A stretch of 28,882 bases of DNA, from contig JAFGJV010000004.1 of NCBI GenBank assembly GCA_016928955.1, positions 385,736 through 414,617 of the forward strand, written 5' to 3'. How positions within the stretch are numbered: position 1 is the first letter of the stretch; each line of letters opens with the position of its first letter. The notes beneath the pieces were generated by a model, which ran no database searches, was not told the DNA's origin, and saw only the letters and a list, made by a program, of their open reading frames with translations. The translations under genes were made by a program, and so were the position numbers. The DNA comes from Spirochaetales bacterium. Lineage in GTDB: Bacteria > Spirochaetota > Spirochaetia > Treponematales > UBA12059. Shown here piece after piece: positions 1 to 8,981 of the stretch.

Positions 1-135
1 CTGCCCGTAGACACCTACAGTCGCGCTTTTGATGGCCTCAAGGACAGCATGTCCCGTGAGCCCTTCCAGTCTGTGTTCCAGGGCGCGTACCGGTCCATAA
101 ACAAACTGGCGTTCCTGGACGACGAGGAAGCCTGA
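1..135 (+). CDS. 3' end of a CDS entering the window (partial, product unknown)
   Basis: Frame 1 is open from base 1 (LPVDTYSRAFDGLKDSMSREPFQSVFQGAYRSINKLAFLDDEEA) to TGA at 133-135, with GC3-rich codons, and is followed by a hairpin. Confidence 0.6.
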   Translation: MPVDTYSRAFDGLKDSMSREPFQSVFQGAYRSINKLAFLDDEEA

Positions 136-140
136 CGCTA

Positions 141-168
141 GTCCGGTTCCGCCTACGCGGAGCCGGAC
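141..168. terminator. GC-rich hairpin between convergent genes, probable terminator
   Basis: GTCCGGTTCCGC-CTAC-GCGGAGCCGGAC forms a 12-bp stem with one G-U pair. It lies between the stop at 135 (+) and the stop at 172 (-). Only a short T run follows. Confidence 0.6.
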
Positions 169-171
169 CCT

Positions 172-468
172 TTAGGCATGCGAGGGGTTGGCCTTGACCC
201 GGCGTATGGCGTCGTCCACGGCCTTCCTGACAGCCTCGGCATAGTCGCCCTCGGCCTTGGCCTGGGCGTAGAACGTGCCCATCAGGGACGCGTGGTACAG
301 GGGCCTCAGGGAGTTGAGAGCCAGGGCGGCCATGTCTATGACGCAGTCCTGGCATTCGCATATGCCCTCTGCCGCGGCATTGTCCAGGCGCTTGCCCAGC
401 TCGTCCAGGACCATGCGTTCGGAATCATTGACCAGAATGGACAAGTCGTAGCGTTTTTCCAAATCCAT
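172..468 (-). CDS. ComFB (late competence development) family protein
   Basis: 98 aa from MDLEKRY with GGAGGAG upstream. Contains LVN.SE..V, CECQDCVIDMAALALN.L.P.Y and a C-terminal V.ANPSH, the typical ComFB pattern. Confidence 0.85.
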   Translation of the reverse strand: MDLEKRYDLSILVNDSERMVLDELGKRLDNAAAEGICECQDCVIDMAALALNSLRPLYHASLMGTFYAQAKAEGDYAEAVRKAVDDAIRRVKANPSHA

Positions 469-496
469 GTGTGCTCCTCCGCCTGACAGAGGAAGT

Positions 497-1843
497 CTAG
501 CTCCCGTCCCGATCCTTTTCAAGCGACTCAAAGCGCGTGTAGTTCGGGAAGAAGAGCAGGTTGACAAGGCCCACGGGGCCGTTCCTCTGCTTGGCTATCA
601 ACAGCTCGGTGGCTATGTGGCCCGAGCGTTCGTCCTGGCGCTTGTCTATCTCACGTTCTCGGTGCAGGAACATGATCACGTCCGCGTCCTGCTCTATGGA
701 GCCGGATTCCCTAAGGTCCGCCATGGACGGCTGCTTGCCTTCAGCCTCGCGCTTGAGCTGGCTCAGGGCCACCACGGGTATCCTGAGTTCACGTGCCAGG
801 GCCTTGAGGGATCGGGATATGCTGGATATCTGTTCCCAGCGCGGCAGGTCGGCGTTCTCGTGGGTGATCAGGGTCAGGTAGTCGATGAAGATGATCTTGA
901 CGTCCTTCTCGCTCTTCATGCGCCTGGCCAAAGAGCGCAGGTCAAGGAGCTTGATGTTCGGCACGTCGACGAAATAGAAAGGCGCCTCGTATATGCGGCT
1001 TGCTGCGTCCATGAGGCTCTGGATGTCGCTTGGCTTTATAAGGCCCGAGCGCACCTTTTCCGAGTTTATCCTGGCCTCGCTCGCCAGGAGGCGGTTCATC
1101 AGAGACACGTCAGGCATTTCCAGGGAGAAAAAGCCCACTCCCACTTTTTCCCTGAGCGCCATGTGGGACGCCACGTTGAGGGCAAAGGCGGTCTTGCCCA
1201 CGCTCGGGCGGGCGCCTATGATGATCAGCTCGGAATTTTGGAAGCCGCTTGTCATGCTGTCCAGCTGGGAGAAACCCGTGGGTATGCCCGTGTACTGGGA
1301 CGTGCTTTTGGACAGCTTCTCTATCAGGCGCATGGTCTCGGGAACCACTTCTTTGACGCTCTTGTAGGTCACCGACTGGCGGTCCTGGCTGACGTCAAAA
1401 ATGCTCTCCTGCAATTCGTCCAGGAGGAGCGACGTCTCTATAGAGTCGTCCTGGGCCTTCTGCCTGATGTCCGCCGACAGCCTGATCACCGCGCGCCGCA
1501 CCGACGAGTCGCGCACGATCTTGGCGTAGTACTCGACGTTGGCGCTGGACGGCACGGCGTCCGTGAGCTTGGCTATGTAGGCTGGCCCGCCGGCCTGGTC
1601 AAGGGTGCCAAGCGCGCGCATTTCGTCTGCCAGGGTGATGAGGTCGGCCTTCTGCCCCTTCTCGAACAGGGACACGATGGCGCTGAACACATGCTTGTTC
1701 GCGTTTACGTAATAGTCGTCCGGACGCAGGTACCGCAACACGTGCGGCACCGCGTCCGGATCCAGAAGCAGGGCTCCCAGGGAAGCCTGCTCGGCCTCCG
1801 CGTTATGCGGCGGGACTTTGTCCTTGAGGCCGGCAGGTATCAT
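497..1843 (-). CDS. dnaB: replicative DNA helicase
   Basis: PPHN.EAEQ N-terminus, Walker A GARPSVGKT, FSLEM, IDYL, SQL.R, DLRESGSIEQDAD, KQRNGP. Confidence 0.98.
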   Translation of the reverse strand: MIPAGLKDKVPPHNAEAEQASLGALLLDPDAVPHVLRYLRPDDYYVNANKHVFSAIVSLFEKGQKADLITLADEMRALGTLDQAGGPAYIAKLTDAVPSSANVEYYAKIVRDSSVRRAVIRLSADIRQKAQDDSIETSLLLDELQESIFDVSQDRQSVTYKSVKEVVPETMRLIEKLSKSTSQYTGIPTGFSQLDSMTSGFQNSELIIIGARPSVGKTAFALNVASHMALREKVGVGFFSLEMPDVSLMNRLLASEARINSEKVRSGLIKPSDIQSLMDAASRIYEAPFYFVDVPNIKLLDLRSLARRMKSEKDVKIIFIDYLTLITHENADLPRWEQISSISRSLKALARELRIPVVALSQLKREAEGKQPSMADLRESGSIEQDADVIMFLHREREIDKRQDERSGHIATELLIAKQRNGPVGLVNLLFFPNYTRFESLEKDRDGS

Positions 1844-1857
1844 GGTCGCCGTATTCC

Positions 1858-2433
1858 TTATTCCTGGGCTTCAGCCTCTGCGGCGGGCTCGGGCTGAGCC
1901 ACGGTTTCCACGACCGGGGCGGGCTCGGCCTCCTCATGGCGCTTGCGGCGGGGAGCTTCGGTCTTGACCGGGGACTGGGCCTTCTCCACGTGTCCTTTGA
2001 CGACGAGCTTGAGAACGGCTTCGTCCTTCTCGTACAGGCGGATGTTGAGCTTGTAGGTACCCACGCTCTTGATCAGGCGGCCGGGAACCTCGATCTTTTT
2101 GCGGTCCACGTCCAGGCCCTTCTTGACCAGCTCGTCGGCTATGGTGGCGTTGGAAACGCCGCCGAACAGCTTGCCGTTGGGGCCCGCCGGCATGTCAAGC
2201 ACCAGCTCCTCGGCTTCAAGACGGGTCTTGAGATCGCCGGACAGCTTGCGCTTTTCGGCCTTCCGGGCCTCTATCTCGGCCTTGCGGGTCTCGAACATCT
2301 TGACCACAGACGGGCTGAACGGAAAGGCCTGCCCCCGGGGCAGGAGGAAGTTGCGGGCATAGCCGGCGGCGACGTCCTTCACGTCTCCGAGCTCGCCCAG
2401 GTTGGGTACGTCCTGATTCAGGATTACCTTCAT
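1858..2433 (-). CDS. rplI: 50S ribosomal protein L9 with a C-terminal low-complexity extension
   Basis: MKVILNQDVPNLGELGDVKDVAAGYARNFLLP and GKLFGGVS. Start reassigned to the ATG at 2433, which has AAGGAG upstream and an ATGA overlap with the previous stop. Confidence 0.97.
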   Translation of the reverse strand: MKVILNQDVPNLGELGDVKDVAAGYARNFLLPRGQAFPFSPSVVKMFETRKAEIEARKAEKRKLSGDLKTRLEAEELVLDMPAGPNGKLFGGVSNATIADELVKKGLDVDRKKIEVPGRLIKSVGTYKLNIRLYEKDEAVLKLVVKGHVEKAQSPVKTEAPRRKRHEEAEPAPVVETVAQPEPAAEAEAQE

Positions 2434-3494
2434 GGTTTGTCTCCTTGAACTACGGTCCTGAACGGAATCCAGGTCTCCAGGGTGCCAAGCGCTGCAAAGA
2501 CGCCTACGGCCACAAGGCCCGGTACGCCGGCCATCAGAGCGATGGCCACGGCGATCGGTCCGAGCACGCGCGCGGCAGGGGCCAGGCCGATACGCCCGAA
2601 CAGGGCGCCGGCCACGGCAAGACCTTGGACTCCGTAACAGATAGAAAGCGATACAGCCACGTTCCATACCACCGCTTGGAAAGCCGGCAGGGAAACGTAG
2701 CGAGAAACCAGTATTCCGGCCCATGAGGCCAGGAAAGGCCATACCAGGTACCGAGGCACCCGGTACGAATGCAAGGGCGGAGGCACGGCCGACTCGTCGT
2801 TGCCGAGGGAGCGTTTTGCCAGTTCCTCGACCACGGCCTTGTTGGCCTCCTCAGCGTCATCCAGGGCGCCCATGGCTATGAGCCGTTCGGACGCCGCTTT
2901 GCCTGCCTTGGCCATCCTCCAGCGCATGCCGAAGGACGAGCCCATATACATGCTGGCAAACAGCCACAGGAAGATACCTGAGCCGTGCCCGAGCGTGATC
3001 ATCCTGGACAGGGAAGCCCACAGCGCGTCGGCGTCCAGCTCGGTGCCGATTATGCCGGATGCTTCACCCGCGGCCTGGCCGAACCAGGCCCTCAGTTCCG
3101 GCGACGCGATGGCAGACGCCAGGACCGGCCAGGTGGCCAGCGCGGCGACGCCTGCGACCAGGAGCCCCCTCGTTGCCATGGGCAGTTTCCCGAGGGCCGG
3201 CCACAGCATGGCCGTCTGGCCTGCTATCAGCACCAGGGGCGGCACACAGGCCACGAGGTACGTAACAGGGTCTGTCACGCCTCCCATGGCCAGAAGGCCG
3301 GCAAAAACAGCGCACAGCGTGAGCGCCGACGTACCAGCCGCTGTACATCCCGCCTTAAAGCCTTTTGCCGCGCCCAGCGCCGACAGCGGCAGCAGGAACA
3401 CGGGGGCAAACCTGACGGAAGCGAATAAAACCGCCGACAGGACGCCAAAGCCCAGGGGAATTAACAGCTTGTGGATACGCCGGCCGTTTTCCAC
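2430..3494 (-). CDS. DUF2232/YybS-like multi-pass membrane protein
   Basis: Many hydrophobic segments, a Y.VQGL motif near the C-terminus, and the usual position between rpsR and rplI. GTG start. Confidence 0.75.
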   Translation of the reverse strand: MENGRRIHKLLIPLGFGVLSAVLFASVRFAPVFLLPLSALGAAKGFKAGCTAAGTSALTLCAVFAGLLAMGGVTDPVTYLVACVPPLVLIAGQTAMLWPALGKLPMATRGLLVAGVAALATWPVLASAIASPELRAWFGQAAGEASGIIGTELDADALWASLSRMITLGHGSGIFLWLFASMYMGSSFGMRWRMAKAGKAASERLIAMGALDDAEEANKAVVEELAKRSLGNDESAVPPPLHSYRVPRYLVWPFLASWAGILVSRYVSLPAFQAVVWNVAVSLSICYGVQGLAVAGALFGRIGLAPAARVLGPIAVAIALMAGVPGLVAVGVFAALGTLETWIPFRTVVQGDKP

Positions 3495-3500
3495 GCCGGC

Positions 3501-3857
3501 TCAGTCAGCCACGTAGGGAAGCATGGCCAGGGAGCGCGCGCGCTTGATGGCCACGGCCAGGTCGCGCTGGTGCTTGGCGCAGGAGCCGGTAATCCTGCGC
3601 GGCAGGATCTTTCCGCGCTCGGTGATGAAACGGCGCAGGGTGTCGGCGTCCTTGTAGTCGATTTTCAGCTTCTGGGCGCAGAATTTGCACACCTTTTTGC
3701 GGAAGAAACCCTTCCTTCCGCCACCGCGACCGCCGCGGTCGCCGCGATCCCCGCGGTCACCACGGTCCCCGCGGTCGCCACGATCGTCGTCGCGGCGGGG
3801 CTCGTCGCTGTCCTGGCCCCTGGAGGGGCGCTCGTTGCTCTGGTTCATATCGGACAT
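3501..3857 (-). CDS. rpsR: 30S ribosomal protein S18 (Cys/zinc-binding type) with an N-terminal RGD-repeat extension
   Basis: [51 protein letters not shown] upstream. Confidence 0.97.
   Translation of the reverse strand: MSDMNQSNERPSRGQDSDEPRRDDDRGDRGDRGDRGDRGDRGGRGGGRKGFFRKKVCKFCAQKLKIDYKDADTLRRFITERGKILPRRITGSCAKHQRDLAVAIKRARSLAMLPYVAD
3721..3790 (-). repeat. imperfect 9-bp tandem repeat encoding (DRG)n / RGG in the S18 extension
   Basis: Translates to [24 protein letters not shown], with synonymous variation between units. Confidence 0.85.
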
Positions 3858-3926
3858 ACGGATACTCCTTAGAAATCAATCTGCCCGAGTTGCCGGGCAC
3901 ATGCCGCCTTCCGGGCGGCCGCTCCG

Positions 3927-4394
3927 TCAGAACGGAATGTCGTCGGAAAACTCGTCGGGCTGGGCCGTCCTCTGCGCGGGAGCGGCCGGCCGGCTATCGC
4001 CGCCGCGCCCGTCGCCCTGGGCTCCCTCCCTGCCGCCGGCCTGATAGCCGCCCTGCTGGGATCCGCCCTGCCCGCTTCCGAGCAGCTGGACGGTGTTGGC
4101 GTTGACAATGACCTTGATCCTGGGCTGGCCGTCCTGCTCCCAGCGATCCTGGCGCATGGTGCCCTCAACGGCCACCAGCTTGCCCTTGGTCAGATACTGG
4201 TTGATGCTCTCGCCTTGCTTGCCCCAGAGGTCGACATCCCAAAAACTGGCTTCGTCCACCCACTGGTCGCCCTTTTTCCTGCGCGTGCTGGTCGCCACGG
4301 AAAAGTGGCACACAGCCTGGCCGGAATTGGTGTATTTGAGTTCGGCGTCTCTTGTCAGCCTGCCAACCAGCACGGCTACGCTTAAATCGGCCAT
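3927..4394 (-). CDS. ssb: single-stranded DNA-binding protein
   Basis: LVGRLTRDAELKYT.SG, KGKLVAVEG, Gly/Gln-rich linker and acidic DDIPF tip. Confidence 0.98.
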   Translation of the reverse strand: MADLSVAVLVGRLTRDAELKYTNSGQAVCHFSVATSTRRKKGDQWVDEASFWDVDLWGKQGESINQYLTKGKLVAVEGTMRQDRWEQDGQPRIKVIVNANTVQLLGSGQGGSQQGGYQAGGREGAQGDGRGGDSRPAAPAQRTAQPDEFSDDIPF

Positions 4395-4449
4395 TGAGCC
4401 TCCCGCTTTGGAAACCGACCGCCTCCAGGCCGCTAAGGCCCCGGGGCGT

Positions 4450-4731
4450 TCAGCCGTCCACCCTCACGAAGAGGTACTTGAGGATGTTCGTGTTGAGCTT
4501 GAACACTTTCTCAGCGGCAATGATCTTTTCCTGCGGCATCTTGAAGGTGTATAGGATGTAGTGGCCGCGAGGACGTCCCTTGACGGGATACGCGAGCTGG
4601 CGCTCGCCCCGGTCCTCTTCGTTCAGCGTCTCGGCTCCCTGCTTTTTGAGCTCGGCCAAGACCGCTTCCTTTCCCTGGCGGAAGAACTCGTCCTCCGGGG
4701 GGAAGATGGTCATGAGTTCGTAGGATCGCAT
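4450..4731 (-). CDS. rpsF: 30S ribosomal protein S6
   Basis: MR.YELM.I, G.R.LAYPV, G.Y. First gene of the rpsF-ssb-rpsR operon, with GGGAGG SD. Confidence 0.96.
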   Translation of the reverse strand: MRSYELMTIFPPEDEFFRQGKEAVLAELKKQGAETLNEEDRGERQLAYPVKGRPRGHYILYTFKMPQEKIIAAEKVFKLNTNILKYLFVRVDG

Positions 4732-4735
4732 GATG

Positions 4736-4780
4736 CCTCCCTATGGTCTATGATCCGTCCATACCGGGCGGATAAGGAGA
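4736..4780 (-). promoter_or_regulatory. candidate rpsF leader (S6:S18 autoregulatory RNA)
   Basis: mRNA reads CUCCUU-A-UCCGCCC-GGUAU-GGACGGA-UCAUAGACCAU-AGGGAG. The anti-SD/SD outer stem, inner hairpin and CCA in the 3' internal loop match the known S6:S18 leader architecture. Confidence 0.65.
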
Positions 4781-4825
4781 TATGGCGGCCGCCGCCTGTC
4801 AGGCAGACGGACGACAAATCGCGGC

Positions 4826-4855
4826 ATGGTAGCATGGATGGGGCGTACGGGGCAA
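4826..4855 (-). promoter_or_regulatory. sigma70-type promoter for the rpsF operon
   Basis: Minus strand TTGCCC-N18-TACCAT with an extended TGn before the -10. Confidence 0.55.
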
Positions 4856-4870
4856 GGAGCCACGGCGGGC

Positions 4871-4899
4871 TTTACCGGAAGCCGCGCCGAGTATACACT
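4871..4899 (+). promoter_or_regulatory. sigma70-type promoter, leaderless configuration
   Basis: TTTACC-N17-TACACT, then 6 nt, then ATG at 4906. No SD. Confidence 0.55.
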
Positions 4900-4905
4900 G
4901 GTCGC

Positions 4906-5349
4906 ATGCCCCATGTAGTCCGCTACCAAGACGACCTGTTTCTCCTGGACGGCCTGTCCCGCTTTCTCTCCGACGCGGCCAGACTGGAGCCCGATCCGGA
5001 CATAGCCGGCGAGCCTGTTCTGGCCGTGGCACGGTCCCTGGATTCGTCCATACGCCGCATCCGGGACCTCATCATGGGCAACCAGCACCTTGTGGACCGG
5101 CTGGACTATCTCCGTTTTCTGGCCCGGGTTGCGCGGGTATCGGGCGACGCCCTGTCCGAGCTGGCCCGGCCACAATCGGCCCTGGCTCCCGCCCTCGCCA
5201 GCTCATCGGACGAGCTGGAACGCATGTCCCGGGCCCACAAAGCAGCGGCGGCCGAGCTTGCCGACGCCCTCCACGCGGCCCTGGACGACGGCGCTGCAGG
5301 CCAGGACCTGGTGTCCGGCGACGAGCTGTCCGAGCTGCTGCGCGACTAG
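4906..5349 (+). CDS. hypothetical helical protein (147 aa)
   Basis: Starts at MPHVVRYQDDLF; the longer ORF-track start overlaps rpsF. Helical composition with an acidic C-terminus VSGDELSELL. Confidence 0.75.
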   Translation: MPHVVRYQDDLFLLDGLSRFLSDAARLEPDPDIAGEPVLAVARSLDSSIRRIRDLIMGNQHLVDRLDYLRFLARVARVSGDALSELARPQSALAPALASSSDELERMSRAHKAAAAELADALHAALDDGAAGQDLVSGDELSELLRD

Positions 5350-5370
5350 CGTCGTTCAGGACATGCTTCC

Positions 5371-6132
5371 TCAGAACAGGTAGCGCTCCATGGCTGCCAG
5401 GCCGTTCAGGGTAAGATCCGGTTCTATGGCGTCAAAAGCCTGGGTCAGGCCCGACAACACCCTGCAGAGGCCTCCAGTGGCCACGACCTTGGCACCGCCA
5501 AGTTCGGTCTTGATGCGCGTCACCATGCTGTCCACCAGGCCAGCATAGCCAAGCACCACGCCCGCCTGTATGGCCTGTACGGTGTTCTGGCCCAGGGCGG
5601 AAGCCGGCGCTTCCAGAGGAACCGCCGGCAGGCGGGCCGTGGCCGTTGACAGGGATCCGGCTGCCGTTCCCAGCCCCGGCGCTATGGCCACGCCCGCTAT
5701 GGTGCGGCTGGCGTCCACCGCCGTGAAGGTCAGGGCCGTGCCGAAATCCACCACCAGGCAGGGGCCGCCGAACAGTTCCCAGGCTCCCAAAGCGTCCGCA
5801 ACCAGGTCCGAGCCTATCTCGTCGGGGGCCAGGATGCGGAGGGGCAGGCGGTCGTACACGGCTGGTCCCACCGTGACAGGCTCCGAGCCGAACACGGCGC
5901 GGGCCATCTTGGCCACGGTGGTCGTGAGCGGGGGCACTACCGAGCTGATAATGACGGTACGTATCCGCGCCGGGTCTATGCCCCGGTCTTTGAGGATGGA
6001 TTTGACCACCACCCCGTACTCGTCCTCGGTCTTGCCGTGGACGGTGCGTATGCGGAGCGACTCTAGGAGGCGGCCGCCTTCATACGCAGCCCCGACTATG
6101 TTTGTGTTTCCGGCGTCGATCACGAACAGCAT
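5371..6132 (-). CDS. coaX: type III pantothenate kinase
   Basis: IDAGNTN, SSVVP, IGSD, VVDFGTALT, IAPG, VATGG. Start reassigned to the ATG at 6132 (MLFVIDAGN). Confidence 0.95.
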   Translation of the reverse strand: MLFVIDAGNTNIVGAAYEGGRLLESLRIRTVHGKTEDEYGVVVKSILKDRGIDPARIRTVIISSVVPPLTTTVAKMARAVFGSEPVTVGPAVYDRLPLRILAPDEIGSDLVADALGAWELFGGPCLVVDFGTALTFTAVDASRTIAGVAIAPGLGTAAGSLSTATARLPAVPLEAPASALGQNTVQAIQAGVVLGYAGLVDSMVTRIKTELGGAKVVATGGLCRVLSGLTQAFDAIEPDLTLNGLAAMERYLF

Positions 6133-6319
6133 GGCAGTACTATCGCCGCCAGGTCGCCCGGGTGTCAAGGAAGCGCCTGTTTGGCCGGGATGCTGATGGA
6201 GCCGAACGTTTGGCCATCCCTAAAAGCTTGCGCAAGGCCGGCCATCCGGGCCATACTGCCTTCACCTCGCCGTGCGTTCCAAGGCGGGTCCGGACACGGC
6301 GCAGACTAAAGGAGCCTTC

Positions 6320-7624
6320 ATGGGCGACATCATACAGGCGCGGGTGCTCAAAGGCTTCCGCGACATGCTTCCGGTAGCTGAAATCCAGAGGGCATCCCTC
6401 ATCGACAGGCTGTCGGCCACCTTCAGGAGCTTTGGCTTTGTGCCCATAGACACGCCGGTGCTGGAGTACGCCGAGATACTGCTCGGCAAGGCCGGCGGCG
6501 AGACGGAAAAGCAGGTGTATCGCTTCACGGATTCGGGCGGACGCGACGTGGCCATGCGCTTTGACCTGACCGTGCCCTTTGCTCGTTTCATGGCCGAGCA
6601 CCTGTCCGAGCTGTACCTGCCCTTCAAGCGCTACCACATGGCCAAGGTATGGCGGGGCGAGAACACCCAGCGCGGCCGCTACCGCGAGTTCATGCAATGC
6701 GACTTCGACATAGTGGGCGTGGACAGCGCGGCCGCCGACTTCGAGATCGTGGCAGTCATGCGCGCCGCCATGGTAGCCCTCGGCGCTCCGGACAGCCGCG
6801 TCCACCTGAACAACCGCGCCGTGTTCAACCGTTTCCTTGAACGCCTCGGAGCGGCCAACGCGTCCACCGACATACTCCGCGTGGTGGACAAGCTCCACAA
6901 AATAGGACAGGACGACACCCGCGCCCAGCTGGCGGCCATAGCGGGTCAGTCGGCCGCGGACGAGCTTTTGGCCTTCATAGCATCGGGCGACGATTACGAC
7001 GCCACCCTCGAGCGCGTTACCAGGCTGGCCGGCGGCCCGGGTCCGGACACGGACCGCCTGGCCGAGATCCGTGACATGGCCGTGGCATCCGGCATAGCCG
7101 ACGCCGTGGTTCTGGCCCCGAGCATCACCCGCGGCCTGGATTACTACACCGGCGTGGTCTTTGAGACCTTCCTTGACGCCCTGCCGGATATTGGCTCCGT
7201 GTGCTCCGGCGGCCGCTACAACGACCTGGCCTCCCTGTACACCCACCAGAAACTGCCTGGCGTGGGCGCCAGCGTGGGCATAGACCGGCTCTTGGCCGCC
7301 TTTGAGGCCCTTGGCCGCTCGGGAACATCGGGAGTGGCTCCGTCCGTGCTGGTGTTCAACCTGGTAGACGGCAAAAACGCCGTCTACCAGGCGGCCGCCG
7401 CGGCCTTCCGGGCCGCAGGCCTTACGGCCGAGGTGTACCCCGAGCGAAAAAAACTCGGCCAGCAGTTCGCCTACGCCGAGAAAAAGGGCGCCGCTTTTGG
7501 CCTCATACGCGGCTCGGCCGAGGAAGAACGCGGCGTATGGGTGCTCAAGGATCTGGCCGCCCGCGCCCAAACAGAGTATCCCAGCCTTGAAGACGCCGTA
7601 AAGGCGGCCTCGGCCCGCGCATGA
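6320..7624 (+). CDS. hisS: histidine--tRNA ligase
   Basis: KGFRD, RFDLTVPFARF, WRGENTQRGRYREF.QCDFD, RGLDYYTG, GGRY, G.S.GIDR. AAAGGAG SD before ATG 6320. Confidence 0.98.
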   Translation: MGDIIQARVLKGFRDMLPVAEIQRASLIDRLSATFRSFGFVPIDTPVLEYAEILLGKAGGETEKQVYRFTDSGGRDVAMRFDLTVPFARFMAEHLSELYLPFKRYHMAKVWRGENTQRGRYREFMQCDFDIVGVDSAAADFEIVAVMRAAMVALGAPDSRVHLNNRAVFNRFLERLGAANASTDILRVVDKLHKIGQDDTRAQLAAIAGQSAADELLAFIASGDDYDATLERVTRLAGGPGPDTDRLAEIRDMAVASGIADAVVLAPSITRGLDYYTGVVFETFLDALPDIGSVCSGGRYNDLASLYTHQKLPGVGASVGIDRLLAAFEALGRSGTSGVAPSVLVFNLVDGKNAVYQAAAAAFRAAGLTAEVYPERKKLGQQFAYAEKKGAAFGLIRGSAEEERGVWVLKDLAARAQTEYPSLEDAVKAASARA

Positions 7625-8277
7625 CGGCTCGCTTAAGGCTGGGCGCGGCCCTGGCCGTCTTGGCAACGATGATTGTCCTGTCCTGCTCCCTCCACGCCCC
7701 GCTGATCAACAGCGTCAGCCACAGGCTGGTGGTGCATCCGGACGGTGAGCGCCTGTCCGTCTTCGCTGGCGTGTCGGACCAAGACGGCTCGGCAGATTTG
7801 GCGTGGCTTTTTGTGGTCCATGACCAGTCCGAGCTGTCCTGGACCCTCGGTGCTGGCGACTGGCAGATCCAGGAGGAAGGATCCCTCCTCTTTGTGGGCT
7901 CCAACGGTCTGTCCGCGCCGGGGCTCCTGCCCCGCGGGCGCTACCGCGTCGTCCTTGTGGACCTGGCCGGCGAGCGGGACGAGCGTTCGTTCACCCTGGC
8001 GTCGCCTGACACCTCTGGCTACGCGCTTCCGACGGCGGCCATGAGCGGACCTGCTTCCGTCCTTGTTACCTGCTCATGGCCCCAGGCCATGGTCCTGTTC
8101 ACGGACTCGGGCGGCAATGTCACGCGCACAGCCGCCGTATCCTCGGGCATCCATGCCCTGGACGCGCTCTGGGGCGACTCAGGATGGCGTGAAGGCTCCG
8201 ACTGGTTGTCCGTATACGCTCTGGACCCCAAATCCGAATTAGGGATGATGTCATGGAAAATACGCCTGCCCGACTGA
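7621..8277 (+). CDS. hypothetical lipoprotein
   Basis: Basic N-terminus, hydrophobic stretch and VLSC lipobox. ATGA overlap with hisS. Beta-rich body. Confidence 0.7.
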   Translation: MTARLRLGAALAVLATMIVLSCSLHAPLINSVSHRLVVHPDGERLSVFAGVSDQDGSADLAWLFVVHDQSELSWTLGAGDWQIQEEGSLLFVGSNGLSAPGLLPRGRYRVVLVDLAGERDERSFTLASPDTSGYALPTAAMSGPASVLVTCSWPQAMVLFTDSGGNVTRTAAVSSGIHALDALWGDSGWREGSDWLSVYALDPKSELGMMSWKIRLPD

Positions 8278-8966
8278 CCGGGGGCCCACTGTCAGCCCGC
8301 GAGGTGGGCATACGCAGTTACGTGGTCCGCTCTGGACGCATGACCGACGGCCAGAAGGACGCCCTGAACAGGCTGTACCCTGCCTACGGCGTGCCGTGGG
8401 AACCGGGCCGCATGCTCGACTCCACAGCCCTGTTCGGCGCTGACGCCCCCTTTGTGGTGGAAATAGGCTTTGGGATGGGCCTGGCCACAGCAGCCATAGC
8501 GGAAGCCCTGCCCGGCACCAGCTTTTTGGGCCTGGAAGTCCACGCTCCCGGCGTGGGCAAGCTCCTGTCCGAAATCGAGGCTCGCGGCCTGGCCAACCTG
8601 CGCGTGTGCCGCCACGACGCGGTAGAGGTGGTGGGCTCCATGCTGGCGCCCGGAAGCGTGGACGGTTTCCATGTATTCTTCCCCGACCCCTGGCCCAAGA
8701 AGCGTCATCACAAGCGGCGCATCATGAACCCCGACTTTATCCGGCTCATGGCAGAACGGCTGAAACCGGGCGGGTACATCTACTACGTGACGGACTGGGA
8801 AGAATACGCCGAGTGGACCCTGGACGCCCTGGGTGCGGAGCCCCTCCTCCGCAACCAGTACGGCCGCTGGGCAGAACGAGAGAGCTGGCGGCCGGTGACA
8901 AAATTCGAAGAGCGGGCAGTCAACGACGGCCGCGCCGTGCGCGAGCTGAAATTCGTCCGGGTGTGA
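8253..8966 (+). CDS. trmB: tRNA (guanine-N7)-methyltransferase
   Basis: IRSYVVRSGR, VEIGFGMG, GLEVH, FPDPWPKKRHHKRR, TDWEEYA, RPVTKFE. Confidence 0.96.
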   Translation: MENTPARLTGGPLSAREVGIRSYVVRSGRMTDGQKDALNRLYPAYGVPWEPGRMLDSTALFGADAPFVVEIGFGMGLATAAIAEALPGTSFLGLEVHAPGVGKLLSEIEARGLANLRVCRHDAVEVVGSMLAPGSVDGFHVFFPDPWPKKRHHKRRIMNPDFIRLMAERLKPGGYIYYVTDWEEYAEWTLDALGAEPLLRNQYGRWAERESWRPVTKFEERAVNDGRAVRELKFVRV

Positions 8967-8981
8967 GGCGGACGGCCCGGC

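Noticed and set aside
467..1897. Long antisense ORFs (467-1897, also 6140-7666, 9774-11075, 26501-27709)
   Set aside because: These are shadow ORFs opposite well-conserved genes, expected in high-GC DNA, with no recognisable motifs.
1858..2742. Over-extended ORF-track starts for rplI (also comFB, 4561-5349, coaX, hisS, the permease, amrA, ompA)
   Set aside because: The extensions overlap neighbouring genes or promoters. Downstream ATGs have SD motifs, stop/start overlaps or -10 boxes and match family N-termini.
3880..3922. Two small hairpins between ssb and rpsR as an ncRNA or terminator
   Set aside because: Short GC-rich stems with no U-tract and no recognisable family. They could arise by chance or be processing/stability elements.
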